Source: an uncultured Planctomycetaceae bacterium
Lineage (GTDB): Bacteria > Planctomycetota > Planctomycetia > Isosphaerales > Isosphaeraceae
Assembly (NCBI GenBank): GCA_963833985.1
Contig: CAWIAD010000002.1
Location: 832,001-896,000, forward strand
Direction: 5' to 3'
DNA: 64,000 bases
Both the position numbers and the translations under genes were made by a program. The notes beneath the pieces were generated by a model, which worked only from the letters and a program-made list of their open reading frames with translations, made no database searches and was not told the DNA's origin. Of this stretch, positions 40,342 to 51,454 are shown one piece after another. Position 1 is the stretch's first letter. The number at the start of each line of letters is the position of its first letter.

Positions 40342-40564
40342 GCATCCTGCTTGGATTAGGCAAAAGATCGAGATTCTTCGTCCTGAAGGAATCCCGCAGC
40401 GCGGTAGTTTTGCCCTACCGCATCGCTTCCGGTACGTTCATCGGCTCGTGGGGAATTGGGCTTTCTACGGGGAAGGAAAAACTTAGAATTCGGTACCTGT
40501 CCTATCATCCAGGCAGGGGTGCAGAATTCGGGATTTCTCCAAGAGACGTGACCAGGAGAGGCGC

Positions 40565-43500
40565 TCACGGGAGCGGCTTGCTTGCAGTGGGGGCCACCGC
40601 GGGAGAGTAGGTGCCTGCCAGCAAATCCTGGAGAGCGTAAACGTTGAGCTTGCCAGCCCTGAGCCGTTCCATGGCTGCGACGGCGGCCCGGGCACCCGCG
40701 ATGGTCGTGATGCAAGGAACGCCATGACTGACCGCGCTGGCGCGGATGCGGCCCTCGTCGGTCCGCGCTCCCTTGCCGCTGGGGGTGTTCACGATCAGGT
40801 CGATGGTGCCGTTGGCCAGGTGATCCAGCAGGTTCGGGCGGCCTTCACGGATTTTTCGGATCGTGCTGATCTCGATGCCATGCTGCACCAGGGTGCTGAC
40901 CGTGCCGCTCGTGCCGATCAACCGGAAGCCCAGAGTGGCCAGCCTGCGCACGATGGGCACAACGGCCTGCCGATCGCGCTGGGCCACGCTGACAAAGACG
41001 GTCCCCTGCGCCGGTAGCCGGCTCAGCGCTGCAAGCTGGCTCTTGGCGAAGGCCGAGGGGAAATCGATGTCAATGCCCATGACCTCGCCCGTGGAGCGCA
41101 TCTCGGGGCCAAGAACGATATCCACGCCGGGAAACTTGGCAAACGGGAACACAGCCTCCTTCACCGAGACGTAGCGCGGCACGATCTCGACGGTGACACC
41201 CTGCTCCTCGAGAGACTGACCGACCATGACCCGTGCCGCCACCTGTGCCAGATTCAGCCCCGTGGCCTTGGAGACAAACGGCACGGTTCGCGATGCGCGG
41301 GGGTTCACCTCCAGCACGTAAACGTCGCCATCCTTCACGGCGAACTGGATGTTCATCAGACCGCGCACATCGAGGGCCTGCGCCAGGGCATAGGTCTGGG
41401 TTTTCAGCTCGGCGATGAGCGCTTCCGGCAGTGAGAACGGAGGAATGGCGCAGGCGCTATCGCCGGAATGAATGCCGGCCTCCTCGATGTGCTCCATCAC
41501 GCCGCCCACGATGGTGCGCTGGCCGTCGCAGACCGCGTCGACGTCAATCTCGATTGCGTCTTCCAGGAACTTGTCGATGAGGATGGGGTGTTCGGGGCTG
41601 GCCTCCACGGCCTCGGTCATGTACCGGTCCAGGCTCTGCTGGTCGTAGACGATCTCCATGGCGCGCCCGCCCAGCACGAAGCTGGGCCGGACCACGACCG
41701 GGTAACCGATGCGTTCGGCGATCCGCCGCGCCTCCTCGTGCCGGGTTGCCGAGGCATTCGGCGGCTGCCGCAGGCCCAGGCGTTCGATCACCAGCCGGAA
41801 CCGCTCGCGATCCTCGGCAAGATCGATGCTCTCGGGGCTCGTGCCAATGATCGGCACGCCGGCTGCCTCTAGTGCCTTGGCCAGGTTCAGCGGCGTCTGC
41901 CCGCCAAACTGGACGATCACGCCCTGGGGGCTGATGCGATCGCAGATGTTCAGCACATCCTCGACCGTGAGCGGCTCAAAGAAGAGGCGGTCCGAGGTAT
42001 CATAGTCGGTACTGACCGTCTCGGGATTGGAGTTGACCATCACCACCTCGTAGCCGTCGGCCTTCAGCGCGAAGGCCGCCTGGCAGCAGCAATAATCGAA
42101 CTCGATCCCCTGGCCGATCCGGTTCGGGCCTCCACCCAGAATCATGATCCGCGGCCGATCGCTGACCCGCGCCTCGTCCTCGTGCTCGTAGCACGAATAA
42201 TAGTAGGGCGTGATGGCCTCGAACTCGGCGGCGCACGTGTCCACCAGTTTGAAGACAGCGTTGATCCCACGCTGCTGGCGGTGCCGCCGAACCTCCACCT
42301 CCGTGGTCTCCCAGAGCGTCGCCAGCTGCCGGTCTGAGAAGCCGTTCTGCTTCGCCAGCCGGATCAGTTCGTCACTGGCCTCATCCAGTGTCTGGGCTTG
42401 CCTCAGCCGGCCCTCGATGTGAACCAGGTCTTCGATGCAGGCCAGGAACCAGGGGTCGATTCCCGTGGTCGTGTGAATCCGATCGACGTCCATACCGGCC
42501 AGGAACGCGTAGCGGATGTACCAGATGCGCTCCGTGTTGGGGATAGCCAAGCGCGATCGGATCTCATCCTCGCTGGGCTGGCGCACTGCCCCACAGGTCT
42601 TTCTTGTCGCAGCCCAGGCCGAACCGGCCCACCTCGAGCCCGCGGAGTGCCTTTTGCAGAGATTCCTTGAAGGTGCGGCCGATCGCCATCACCTCGCCAA
42701 CAGACTTCATCTGGGTTGTCAGCACCGGGTCGGCGTCAGGGAACTTCTCGAATGCCCAGCGGGGTACTTTCGTCACCACGTAGTCGATCGTCGGCTCAAA
42801 GCATGCCGGGGTCTCTCGCGTGATGTCGTTGCGGATCTCGTCCAGCCGCATACCAACGGCCAGCTTCGCGGCAATCTTGGCAATCGGAAAGCCCGTGGCT
42901 TTGCTGGCCAGCGCACTGGAGCGGCTGACGCGCGGGTTCATCTCGATGACGATCATCCGCCCATCCCGGGGGTTGATCGCGAACTGGACGTTCGACCCGC
43001 CCGTCTCCACGCCAATCGCCCGCAGGATGGCCAGCGAGGCATTGCGCATCCGCTGGTATTCTTTATCCGTGAGCGTCTGCGCCGGAGCCACCGTGATGCT
43101 GTCACCTGTGTGAATGCCCATGGGATCAAAGTTCTCGATGGAGCAGACAATCACGGCGTTGTCCGCCCCGTCGCGCATCACCTCCATCTCGTACTCTTTC
43201 CAGCCGAGTACACTCTCCTCGATGAGGACGGAGTGCACGGGAGAAAGCTCGATCGCATAGGCCACCATGCGGTCGAACTCCTCGCGATTGTAAGCGATGC
43301 CTCCGCCCGAGCCTCCCAGCGTGAAACTGGGGCGCAGCACGCAAGGCAGGCCGACCTGGTCGCGGATCGCCCGGGCTTCATGCAGGTTGTGGGCCAGGTC
43401 GCTGCGGGCGCTTTCCAGGCCGATCTCTTCCATGCAGCGCTTGAATAGCGCGCGGTCCTCGGCCTTGCGAATCGCCGCGGCACTGGCACCGATCAGGATA

Positions 43501-43838
43501 CAGCCGTGCCGATCCAGTGCCCCCGACTCGTGCAGCGCCATGCCCACGTTCAGGCCCGTCTGGCCGCCCAGGGTGGGGAGCACGGCATCTGGCTTCTCGA
43601 CCGCGAGGATCTGCTCAACAGTCTCAGGCGTGATCGGCTCGATGTAGGTGCGGTCGGCCATCTCCGGGTCGGTCATGATCGTGGCCGGGTTCGAATTCAC
43701 CAGCACGACCGTGTAACCTTCCTCGCGGAGGGCCTTGCAGGCCTGGGTCCCTGAGTAGTCAAATTCGCAGGCCTGGCCGATCACGATCGGCCCGGCACCA
43801 ATGATCAGGATCTTCTGGATATCGGTACGCTTGGGCAC
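40565..43838 (-). CDS. carB: Carbamoyl-phosphate synthase large subunit; frame break at ~42583
   Basis: [52 protein letters not shown], second ATP-grasp domain and MGS domain. Two ORFs join with +2 nt. Confidence 0.97.
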
Positions 43839-44045
43839 GGTGAACGCTCTCGCCTCGGAGCTCGGGCCTCACACTCGCTCGGTGGGCCAACGGCTCCGCG
43901 GCGAGAGTTCTGCAACGAGTTCTGAACAGACATCGGGCCGCGCTCGCCCGCAGAATCCACGGTACGGCGCGGCCCGGAAAATTTCCCGATGATAGCACTC
44001 GAAAGTCACCCTCCACAAGAGCAGGGAACCTGAACAGGACCTTGC

Positions 44046-45785
44046 GGGTGTAAGACGCGGTTCGCGCCGCCCGAGGCCGGTGGTAGCATGTCAAGTCAAG
44101 TTTCCCAAATTGTCCGTCACCGGAAGTCCAAGGAGGGACCTGCTATGCCTTTCCGTAAGTCACCATCGATGGATCGCACCGGGGTCGAGCAGATGGCCAA
44201 AGGGTGGGGGAAAACTGTGGCGCGACGGGTCCACGAAGAAGTTGGGCCTGACCTGGACCTCGATGCCGACGACATGGAACAAATGGCCATGACCGCGGCC
44301 TGTGCCGTGGCCAAGGGAACCATCGAGGAACTCCTGAAGCAGAAAGCCTCCCTCTTGGGGGCCGAGCAGCCTTGTCCCAACTGCAAGCGGCTCTGTCCGG
44401 TGCAACGCAACGATCGAACCATTGAATTCTGGGGAGGCAAGGTCACCTACGCCGAACCGAAGTGCCACTGCCCGGCATGTCGCCGGGATTTTTTTCCCTC
44501 AGCGTCCGGCCTTGCGCCTCACGCCACATGACTACAGCCCTTCGGTGCTGCGCAAGATCGTCCGTTGCGGTGCCCGGGAGCCCTCCTTCCGGGAGGCGGC
44601 CGAGGCGATGGCGGAATTGGCCGAGGTGACCATCGGCAGTCGGCAGATCGGCCGCATCGCCCAGGAGGTCGGCCAACAATTGCAGGCCGAGAGAGATCAG
44701 CATGTGAGCGAACTTCAAGCCCATAAGCTCGAGCCGCGAGTCGAGACACGGCCGGCTCTGGCAGTGGTCGAGGTTGACGGCGGCCGGCTGCAGATTCGCG
44801 GCCAGGGGGAAGGGCCCGGTGCCCATGATGCGTCCTGGCGTGAGGACAAGATCGCGATTCTGGCCACCATGGCCAATGTCGTCTCGGACTGCGACCCGGA
44901 GCCGGAGTTGCCCGCCTGCTACCGCGACCGGGGATACGTCGAGAAGCTTGTCGGCGGGATCAGCGGGGCGAGCTCGATGGGCCTACAGGAGGCCCCGGCG
45001 GAGAACATCGACGAAGCATCTCTGCCGTCCCCCGGGGATCGGTCCGAGCCGAGGGAAAGGCCCGAACTGGTGGTGCGGACTTACGTGGCGAGCACCTGCT
45101 CCAGCGAGCAATTCGGGCCGATGGTGGCCGCGGAGGCGTGGCGACGCAATCTCATGAAAGCGGCTCATCGGGCGTTCCTGGGGGACGGCTCGGCCTGGAT
45201 CTGGAAATTGCAGCAACGGCATTTTCCGACCTTTCTGGCCATCGTTGATTTTCTCCACGCCCTGGGTCACCTGTTCGCGGCCGCCAAGGCTGCGGCGATC
45301 GAGACCGAAGGCCGCTGGGAGTTGTTCCAGGCATGGGCGGAGGCCTGCTGGAAGGGACGCGTGGGCCAGGTGATTGAGGAACTCCGTACCCTGCGAGATG
45401 CCCAGGCGTCCTTATCCGGAGACGAGCTCGAACGGCTGGCCGACGATGACCCGCGCAAGATCATCGCCCAAGAACTCGGCTACCTGGAGCATAATCGAGA
45501 GCGGATGGACTACCCTGCTTATCGACGCGGGGGATTGCCGTGGACGAGCAGTCACGTGGAGTCGACCGTGAAGATCTTCAACCGGCGGGTCAAGGGGTCG
45601 GAGAAATTCTGGAGCGACGCCGGTGCCGAGACGATGCTTCAGCTTCGAGCGTCGTTCCTCTCGGAGGACGGACGCCTGGATCGGTACCTCAAAGAGAGGC
45701 CCAGCAGCCCCTTCCGCAACTATAAAGCCAGGGAAACTGGGAAAGCGGCGTAGGACCTCAGAAAAACGAACCGTGTCTTACACCC
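44046..45785 (+). mobile_element. Complete insertion sequence, ISKra4-like, 1740 bp
   Basis: Terminal IRs GGGTGTAAGACGCGGTTCG / CGAACCGTGTCTTACACCC (18/19 match). 9-bp direct repeat GGACCTTGC at 44037..44045 and 45786..45794. Confidence 0.95.
44145..45753 (+). CDS. ISKra4-like DDE transposase in two frames joined at GATTTTTTTCCCT (44487-44499)
   Basis: AGGAGG RBS. Zn-ribbon CPNC..CPACRRDFFP, then EVDGG, LGDGSAWIW, VDFLHA..HL, RMDY..YR..GLP..SS.VES, RVKG...W. Confidence 0.88.
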
Positions 45786-45843
45786 GGACCTTGCAGAGGC
45801 ACGCTGGTGATGGACCAGTGTCTGGCTTGATCCGTGAGCGGAT

Positions 45844-47445
45844 TCACTCGCCAAGATGCACTTCGCCTTCCGCAACCGACGGCTTCATCAGGAATGTCAG
45901 GGGAACGATTGCCAGCGCGATCAGCGTGAACACCCAGAAGCAATCGAGGAAGGCCTGTGCGTAGGCCTGCTGGTCGCGGATCAGCCGCAGCGCGCGCAGG
46001 CTCATCAACTGGCCACGCGCCGGATCACCGGTCACCTGGGTGAAGAAGCGACCTGTTGTCTCCAGGGCATTGGTCACAGTGGCACTGAGCGGTTGAAGGC
46101 TCTCCGTCAGCCGGAACGAGTGGAACTGAAGCCGGCGCTGGAGCACGGCCGTGGAGAGCCCGATGCCCACGCTCGAGCCTTCATTGCGAAGCATGTTGAA
46201 CAGACCGCTGGCGTTGTTCATCTCCGTCCTGGGCAAGTACAGCACGGAGGCAGCAGCCAGAGGCGCGAACATCAGCCCGGCGCCGGCCATCTGCACCACC
46301 CGGGGCCATACCAGCTGGAGCGGTCCGGCTTGAAGATTGAGCGTCACCAGTTGATAAGACCCGAGCGCCATGATGGCTGCTCCTGCGGCGATCAGCCATC
46401 GCGCGTCCACCCGCAGCCGCAAGATCACGGCGCTGGCGATCATCGTGATCATCGAGAACAGGCCGGCCGGCGAGAGCACCAGTCCTGCGTTGGTCGCGTC
46501 ATAGTGCATCAGACCCTGCATCATCTGCGGCAAGAGCAAGATGCTCCCGTAGAGCACGGCATAGGTAGAGGCGATGATCACGCAGCCGACGAAGAAGCTG
46601 CGGTCGCGCATGAGCCGCAAATTGATGAACGGCTCCGGGTGGCGCAGCTCCCAGATCAGGCCGCCGATCAGGCCGATCATGGTGAGCGCTACCATTACGC
46701 CGATCGCTCGAGAGCCGAACCAGTCCCATTCCTGGCCCTTGTCCAGAACCACTTCCAGGCATCCCAGGCCCAGGGCAATCAGCCCGATGCCCACGTAATC
46801 GATGCGCAGGCCGCGACCGAGCCGTGCGAGGCGCTCACGCTTCAGGTAGTCGGGATCCTCCACCAGCAGCGCGTTCAGGATGAGCGAGAGCAAGCCCGCC
46901 GGAATGTTGATGTAGAAGATCCACCGCCAGGAGTAGTTGTCGGTGATCCAGCCGCCGAGCGTGGGACCAAGCACGGGGGCCGTGAGTGCAGCAACTCCAT
47001 AAACGGCCATACCAGCCGCGCGGCGCTCGGCCGGGAAGGTATCCAGGAGGATGGCCTGGGAGACCGGCTGGAGACCACCGCCGGCAATGCCCTGGATCAC
47101 CCGCCAAAGGATGAGCAAGGGGAGACTTGTAGCCAGCCCGCAGAGCGCCGAGGTGAGCGTGAAGAGGGCCACGCAACCCATGTAGTAGCGCTTCCGGCCC
47201 AGGGCCGTTGAGAGCCAGCTCGAGAGCGGAATGACCATGGCGTTGGCCACCAGGTAGCTGGTCAGCACCCAGTTGGCATCATCAACGCTTGCGCCAAGGT
47301 CTCCCGCGATATGCGGTAGTGCCACGTTGGCGATGCTCGTGTCGAGCACCTCCATGAATGTGGCAATCGTGACGGTCAGCGCGATCAGCCAGGGGTTGGT
47401 CCGGCGTGCGGGAGCGGGAGCAGCAGCCGGCGTGCCATCCATCAC
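45844..47445 (-). CDS. emrB: DHA2-family MFS efflux permease (EmrB/QacA)
   Basis: FMEVLDTSIANVALPHIAG, WVLTSYL, RVIQG, APVLGPTLGGWITDNYSWRWIFYINIP. Confidence 0.92.
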   Translation of the reverse strand: MMDGTPAAAPAPARRTNPWLIALTVTIATFMEVLDTSIANVALPHIAGDLGASVDDANWVLTSYLVANAMVIPLSSWLSTALGRKRYYMGCVALFTLTSALCGLATSLPLLILWRVIQGIAGGGLQPVSQAILLDTFPAERRAAGMAVYGVAALTAPVLGPTLGGWITDNYSWRWIFYINIPAGLLSLILNALLVEDPDYLKRERLARLGRGLRIDYVGIGLIALGLGCLEVVLDKGQEWDWFGSRAIGVMVALTMIGLIGGLIWELRHPEPFINLRLMRDRSFFVGCVIIASTYAVLYGSILLLPQMMQGLMHYDATNAGLVLSPAGLFSMITMIASAVILRLRVDARWLIAAGAAIMALGSYQLVTLNLQAGPLQLVWPRVVQMAGAGLMFAPLAAASVLYLPRTEMNNASGLFNMLRNEGSSVGIGLSTAVLQRRLQFHSFRLTESLQPLSATVTNALETTGRFFTQVTGDPARGQLMSLRALRLIRDQQAYAQAFLDCFWVFTLIALAIVPLTFLMKPSVAEGEVHLGE

Positions 47446-49040
47446 GGCGATCCCTTCACCGTGGCCGTCCCAGGGTTGATCGGTCGCTGTAGCTTCTGTC
47501 CCGCGAACGGGCCGGTTGGGAGCTCGTGGATCTTGACCCGCGGCTCGACCGAGAGGCCGACAAACAGTGGAGCGTCCGGCGGATTGCCATCCACAAGGTC
47601 AATTCGAACCGGCAGCCGCTGAACCACCTTGACGAAATTGCCCGTGGCATTCTCCGGGGGCAGTAGCGCCGTGGCGGCCCCTGTACCCGCACTGAAGCCC
47701 GAGACGCGGCCGCGGTAGGTCCTGTGGGGGTAGGCATCCGCGCGGATCTCCACGGCCTGGCCAATCTCCAGGTCGCTGAGCTGCGTCTCCTTGAAGTTGG
47801 CATCGATCCAGACGTCTTCGAGCGGGTGCAGCGACATGAGCCCCTGCCCGGCGGCAACCCGGCTCCCCCGGTTTGCCAGCCGGCGAGCGATAAAGCCAGC
47901 AAGCTCTGCGTGAATCTTTGTATCACGCAGGTCGAGCTGGGCCTGCTCGAGCGCATGCCGGGCCTGGTTCTGTCCGGCGCGGGCAAGCTGTACGGCCGGT
48001 GATTGCTCGACAAGTTCGTTCAGGTACCTGTCCAGGTTGCCCCCTGGAGCTCGGTTCACGAAGTTGTTGTACACCGTATCCGGATCATCCTCGATGGGCG
48101 GCACCTCCAGCCCAATCTTCACACCGACATTGATGAGCTCCGCCAGAGCGGCACGGACTGCTGGTGCCTTCTTGACCCAGTCCGCCGGCACGGCGTCGAG
48201 CGGCTGGCCCAAGGGTACAGGTGGCAGGCCCAGCGCCGCACGGGCAAGGTGCACCTGCTCGTGTGCCTCGATCTCTGTGGCCGTGGCAACCTGGTACGAG
48301 GCCTCACGCTGATCGACGACCTGCTGGGTGCCGCTGTTGGATTGCAGCAGGTTGCGCGCTCGCCGAAGCTCGGCCTCGGCCAATGTGCGCTGGGCAATCG
48401 CCTTCTCACGCGTGGCTAGACTGGCCTTCAACCTGGCAATTCCCTCGGTCACATGGTCCATGGTCAAGCGCAGGTTGTTGTAGGCTGCGCGGATGCCCGC
48501 GACGATTGCCCGTCCCTGAGACTCGGCCTGCTGGACCTGCGCCCTGGCCACGTCAACGGCAGCGGCCGCACGGTTCACGGCAATCTGATAGGGCTCCGGG
48601 TCAAGCTCGACCAGAAGCTGGCCTTTCTCGACAAAGGCGTTGTCCTCAACCACTACCCGCAGGACCGTGCCGGGAATGCGCGGTGCGATGTGGATCACAT
48701 GCCCTGCCACGTAGGCATCGTCGGTACGAACCGTATGGAGAGTCTCGAGTATCCAGGGCCACAACCAGAACCCGGCGCCTGTCAGGCCACCGCCAAGCAA
48801 GATCAGAATGGCCAGCAGGCGAAGGACGCGCCAGCCGCGCTGTGGCTGTGGCTGACCATGAACAGAAGGTCCCGTCATGGGCTTCTGGGCAGTCGGCAAA
48901 TCAGTCCTGGGCTGCTCACCGGGAGCACGATCCTCAGCGGCATGGACAGGTTGGTCCTGAGCACCGGACACGTCGGGAGGTTTGACATTCAACGGCGGAT
49001 GTTCCCTCAATCCCGTTTGGACGGTCTTCATTCGCAGCAT
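47442..49040 (-). CDS. emrA: HlyD/EmrA-family membrane fusion protein
   Basis: TDDAYV, ANFKETQL, LLPPENATGNFVKVVQRLPVRI. Confidence 0.92.
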   Translation of the reverse strand: MLRMKTVQTGLREHPPLNVKPPDVSGAQDQPVHAAEDRAPGEQPRTDLPTAQKPMTGPSVHGQPQPQRGWRVLRLLAILILLGGGLTGAGFWLWPWILETLHTVRTDDAYVAGHVIHIAPRIPGTVLRVVVEDNAFVEKGQLLVELDPEPYQIAVNRAAAAVDVARAQVQQAESQGRAIVAGIRAAYNNLRLTMDHVTEGIARLKASLATREKAIAQRTLAEAELRRARNLLQSNSGTQQVVDQREASYQVATATEIEAHEQVHLARAALGLPPVPLGQPLDAVPADWVKKAPAVRAALAELINVGVKIGLEVPPIEDDPDTVYNNFVNRAPGGNLDRYLNELVEQSPAVQLARAGQNQARHALEQAQLDLRDTKIHAELAGFIARRLANRGSRVAAGQGLMSLHPLEDVWIDANFKETQLSDLEIGQAVEIRADAYPHRTYRGRVSGFSAGTGAATALLPPENATGNFVKVVQRLPVRIDLVDGNPPDAPLFVGLSVEPRVKIHELPTGPFAGQKLQRPINPGTATVKGSP

Positions 49041-49281
49041 ATCAGAACAGTGGCCGTGGAGCAGGCCGTACGCTGCACAGGCCTTTCCCTGAACTTTAAC
49101 CGGCTACTCGAGCAGGGGCAACCCGCGTGTATGGGCCAGCCGCTTGCGTGCTGTCACGGGCTGGAACCGGTGTTGCGCGTCATATCTGACAGGCAACATT
49201 CGTGATAGGATGCGGTTCTTGACCTAGGTAAGCCCTCTGGCTGCAAGCGGCCAGACCTGAACCACAGGATGGAGGATCACA

Positions 49282-49878
49282 ATGAGCGCGGGTGCAGAAT
49301 TCGGTGACATTCGGCGCGTCCTGCGACATGAACTGGAAGCGATCCGAGGCCAGTGGGTCTGGCTCCTGGTGCTGGGGATCGTGCTCGTGATCCTGGGCAC
49401 CATCGCGATCGGCATGCCCTTGCTCACGACCCTCGCCACTGCGGTGACGATCGGGATCGTGCTACTGATCGGCGGTGGCGCTCAGCTTGTGGGTGCGTTC
49501 TGGACCCGTGAATGGAGTGGGTTCTTCCTGATGCTCCTGATGGGCGTGCTCTACATCGTCCTGGGGATCCTGTTCATCCGCCAGCCGCTAGAAGCCGCAG
49601 AGGCGCTGACTCTGCTCATCGCCTGCATGCTCATGGTCAGTGGCGCGTTCCGGATCGTTGGCTCACTGATGCATCGATTCAGCCACTGGGGCTGGGTCTT
49701 TGTCGGCGGTCTTCTTAACCTTGTCCTGGGCATCATGATCTGGCTGCAACTACCATTCTCCGGCTTCTGGGTGATCGGCGTCTTTGTCGGGATCGACATG
49801 CTCTTCACCGGCTGGACCTGGATCATGCTGGCGCTGCGGCTGAGGCGTTTGCCAAAGCCTGGCGCGGTAACCGTATGA
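49282..49878 (+). CDS. HdeD/DUF308-family membrane protein
   Basis: Six TMs, W.WLLVLG start, W.IG.FVGIDMLF.GW motif. Confidence 0.88.
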   Translation: MSAGAEFGDIRRVLRHELEAIRGQWVWLLVLGIVLVILGTIAIGMPLLTTLATAVTIGIVLLIGGGAQLVGAFWTREWSGFFLMLLMGVLYIVLGILFIRQPLEAAEALTLLIACMLMVSGAFRIVGSLMHRFSHWGWVFVGGLLNLVLGIMIWLQLPFSGFWVIGVFVGIDMLFTGWTWIMLALRLRRLPKPGAVTV

Positions 49879-50140
49879 TCGGAAGCCTGCGCCCCAGCCA
49901 GTGCCTGACGGGCTCGGATCGACAATCGTTCAACAACCAGCTTGACTTGCGCCCACGCGCGCTCCATGCTCAGGATGGCTCGTCCGCCCAAGGTGGGCGG
50001 AACGACAAAGGTCAGGGTGGCCCCACGTGCCAGCCAGTTCACCGCGGTCCGGCCAGAGAGCAGCCGGATCAGAGCGGCGGGCGGTCAAGCATGGACGGGG
50101 CCTTTTGCATGCGCGTCAGTCCATGCGGAAAGGCACTACG

Positions 50141-50350
50141 ATGGACAATCATCAACTGACGGAAGCCGGCAGCAAGATTGCCAGCCACCTGCTGGCCGTG
50201 ATCGCGGGCGTGTGCATGATCCTGGTGGGGCTGCTCCTCAGCGTGTCGATGGTGGGCCTGCCGCTGGGGATCCCGATCGGCATTGCTGGCTTGCTGATCG
50301 GTCTCTGGGGCCTTTTCGGCAGAGCAACCCGGAAGCCAGCAACGCCGTAG
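50141..50350 (+). CDS. Small two-TM membrane protein
   Basis: GAAAGG RBS. MILVGLLLSVSMVGLPLGIPIGIAGLL hairpin. Confidence 0.7.
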   Translation: MDNHQLTEAGSKIASHLLAVIAGVCMILVGLLLSVSMVGLPLGIPIGIAGLLIGLWGLFGRATRKPATP

Positions 50351-50421
50351 GGCCTCAGGGCCACGGGCTGGCCTTGGACGGCAAACGGCTGAAGGTTCCC
50401 TGCCGACCTGACCACGGACCT

Positions 50422-51429
50422 CTACTTGTAAACCGCCGTACCCGGCAGGGCTTGCTTGAGCTTGTCAATGGCCTGGGGCGTGACCTTGGTGCCGATCAGG
50501 TAGAGCGACTTGAGGCTCTTGATGTCCTTGAGGGCGTCGAGCCCGGCGTCGGTGACATCGGTACGGCTGAGTGCAAGCACCTGGAGGTTCTTGAGCCCCT
50601 TGAGCTGGGCCAGGCCCTTGTCGCTGACCTTGGAGCTGGTCAGGAAGAGCATGGTCAGGCCGCTCAGGCCCTTGAGGTTCTCGAGCGCCGCGTCGGTGAT
50701 TTGCGTGCTCATGAGGGTCAGCGCGCTGAGGCCGGCCAGCTCCTTGAGCGGAGCCAGCGCTGCGTCATTGACCTGGTTGCTGTCGATGTAGACCACCTCG
50801 AGGTTGGGTACGTTCTTCAGCAGTTGCATGGCATCCTTGTCGCCGGCCCATTTCTTGAGGATGTTCACCGTGGCGATGTCCTTGCCGTCCTTGCTCTTGT
50901 CGATGTTCACCGTGGCGCCCAGCTTCTCGAGCTCGAGCGTGGCGATCTTGAGCTTGAGCTGTGCGACCTCCTTGTGAAGGTTCGCGATCTCGGTCTTGAG
51001 CTTTGCCGGATCGTCGGTCGCCGCGGCCGCTGGTGTGGGTTGCGCCTTGGCCTCGGTCTTCTTCTCCTGCGGCTGCGCCTTGGCCTCGGTCTTCTTCTCC
51101 TGCGGCTGCGCCTTGGCCTCGGTCTTCTTCTCCTGCGGCTGCGCCTTGGCCTCGGTCTTCTTCTCCTGCGGCTGCACCTTGGCCTCGGTCTTCTTCTCCT
51201 GCGGCTGCGCCTTGGCCTCGGTCTTCTTCTCCTGCGGCTGCGCCTTGGCCTCGGTCTTCTTCTCCTGCGGCTGCGCCTTGGCCTCGGTCTTCTTCTCCTG
51301 TGGCTTCTGGGTCTGAGCCATGGCCTGGTCCGGAAGTGCGACCAGCGCGACGGTGGCAAGCGTGCCCAGCACGAGTAACACCCCGAGGCTGCGGGGGCGA
51401 GTGGCGCCGGGTTCGGTCCGTGTCATCAT
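50422..51429 (-). CDS. Exported leucine-rich-repeat protein with N-terminal 11-aa charged tandem repeats
   Basis: Signal peptide ending AMA, (QPQEKKTEAKA)x8, short coiled coil, then 24-aa LRRs (L..L.L..T.VTDAGL..LK.L). Start uncertain. Confidence 0.88.
   Translation of the reverse strand: MMTRTEPGATRPRSLGVLLVLGTLATVALVALPDQAMAQTQKPQEKKTEAKAQPQEKKTEAKAQPQEKKTEAKAQPQEKKTEAKVQPQEKKTEAKAQPQEKKTEAKAQPQEKKTEAKAQPQEKKTEAKAQPTPAAAATDDPAKLKTEIANLHKEVAQLKLKIATLELEKLGATVNIDKSKDGKDIATVNILKKWAGDKDAMQLLKNVPNLEVVYIDSNQVNDAALAPLKELAGLSALTLMSTQITDAALENLKGLSGLTMLFLTSSKVSDKGLAQLKGLKNLQVLALSRTDVTDAGLDALKDIKSLKSLYLIGTKVTPQAIDKLKQALPGTAVYK
51039..51303 (-). repeat. 33-bp near-perfect tandem repeat, 8 copies (coding VNTR)
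   Basis: GCGCCTTGGCCTCGGTCTTCTTCTCCTGCGGCT units, one carrying a GCG>GCA variant (Ala>Val). Confidence 0.95.
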
Positions 51430-51454
51430 GAGGATGCAACTCCAGGGTTCGGCG

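Noticed and set aside
40565..43838. carB as a pseudogene or naturally split gene
   Set aside because: Both halves are fully conserved, and a single 2-nt gap at GCGC matches the error pattern seen elsewhere in the window.
51039..51303. CRISPR array
   Set aside because: The units are contiguous with no unique spacers, are in frame within a protein, and no cas genes are present.
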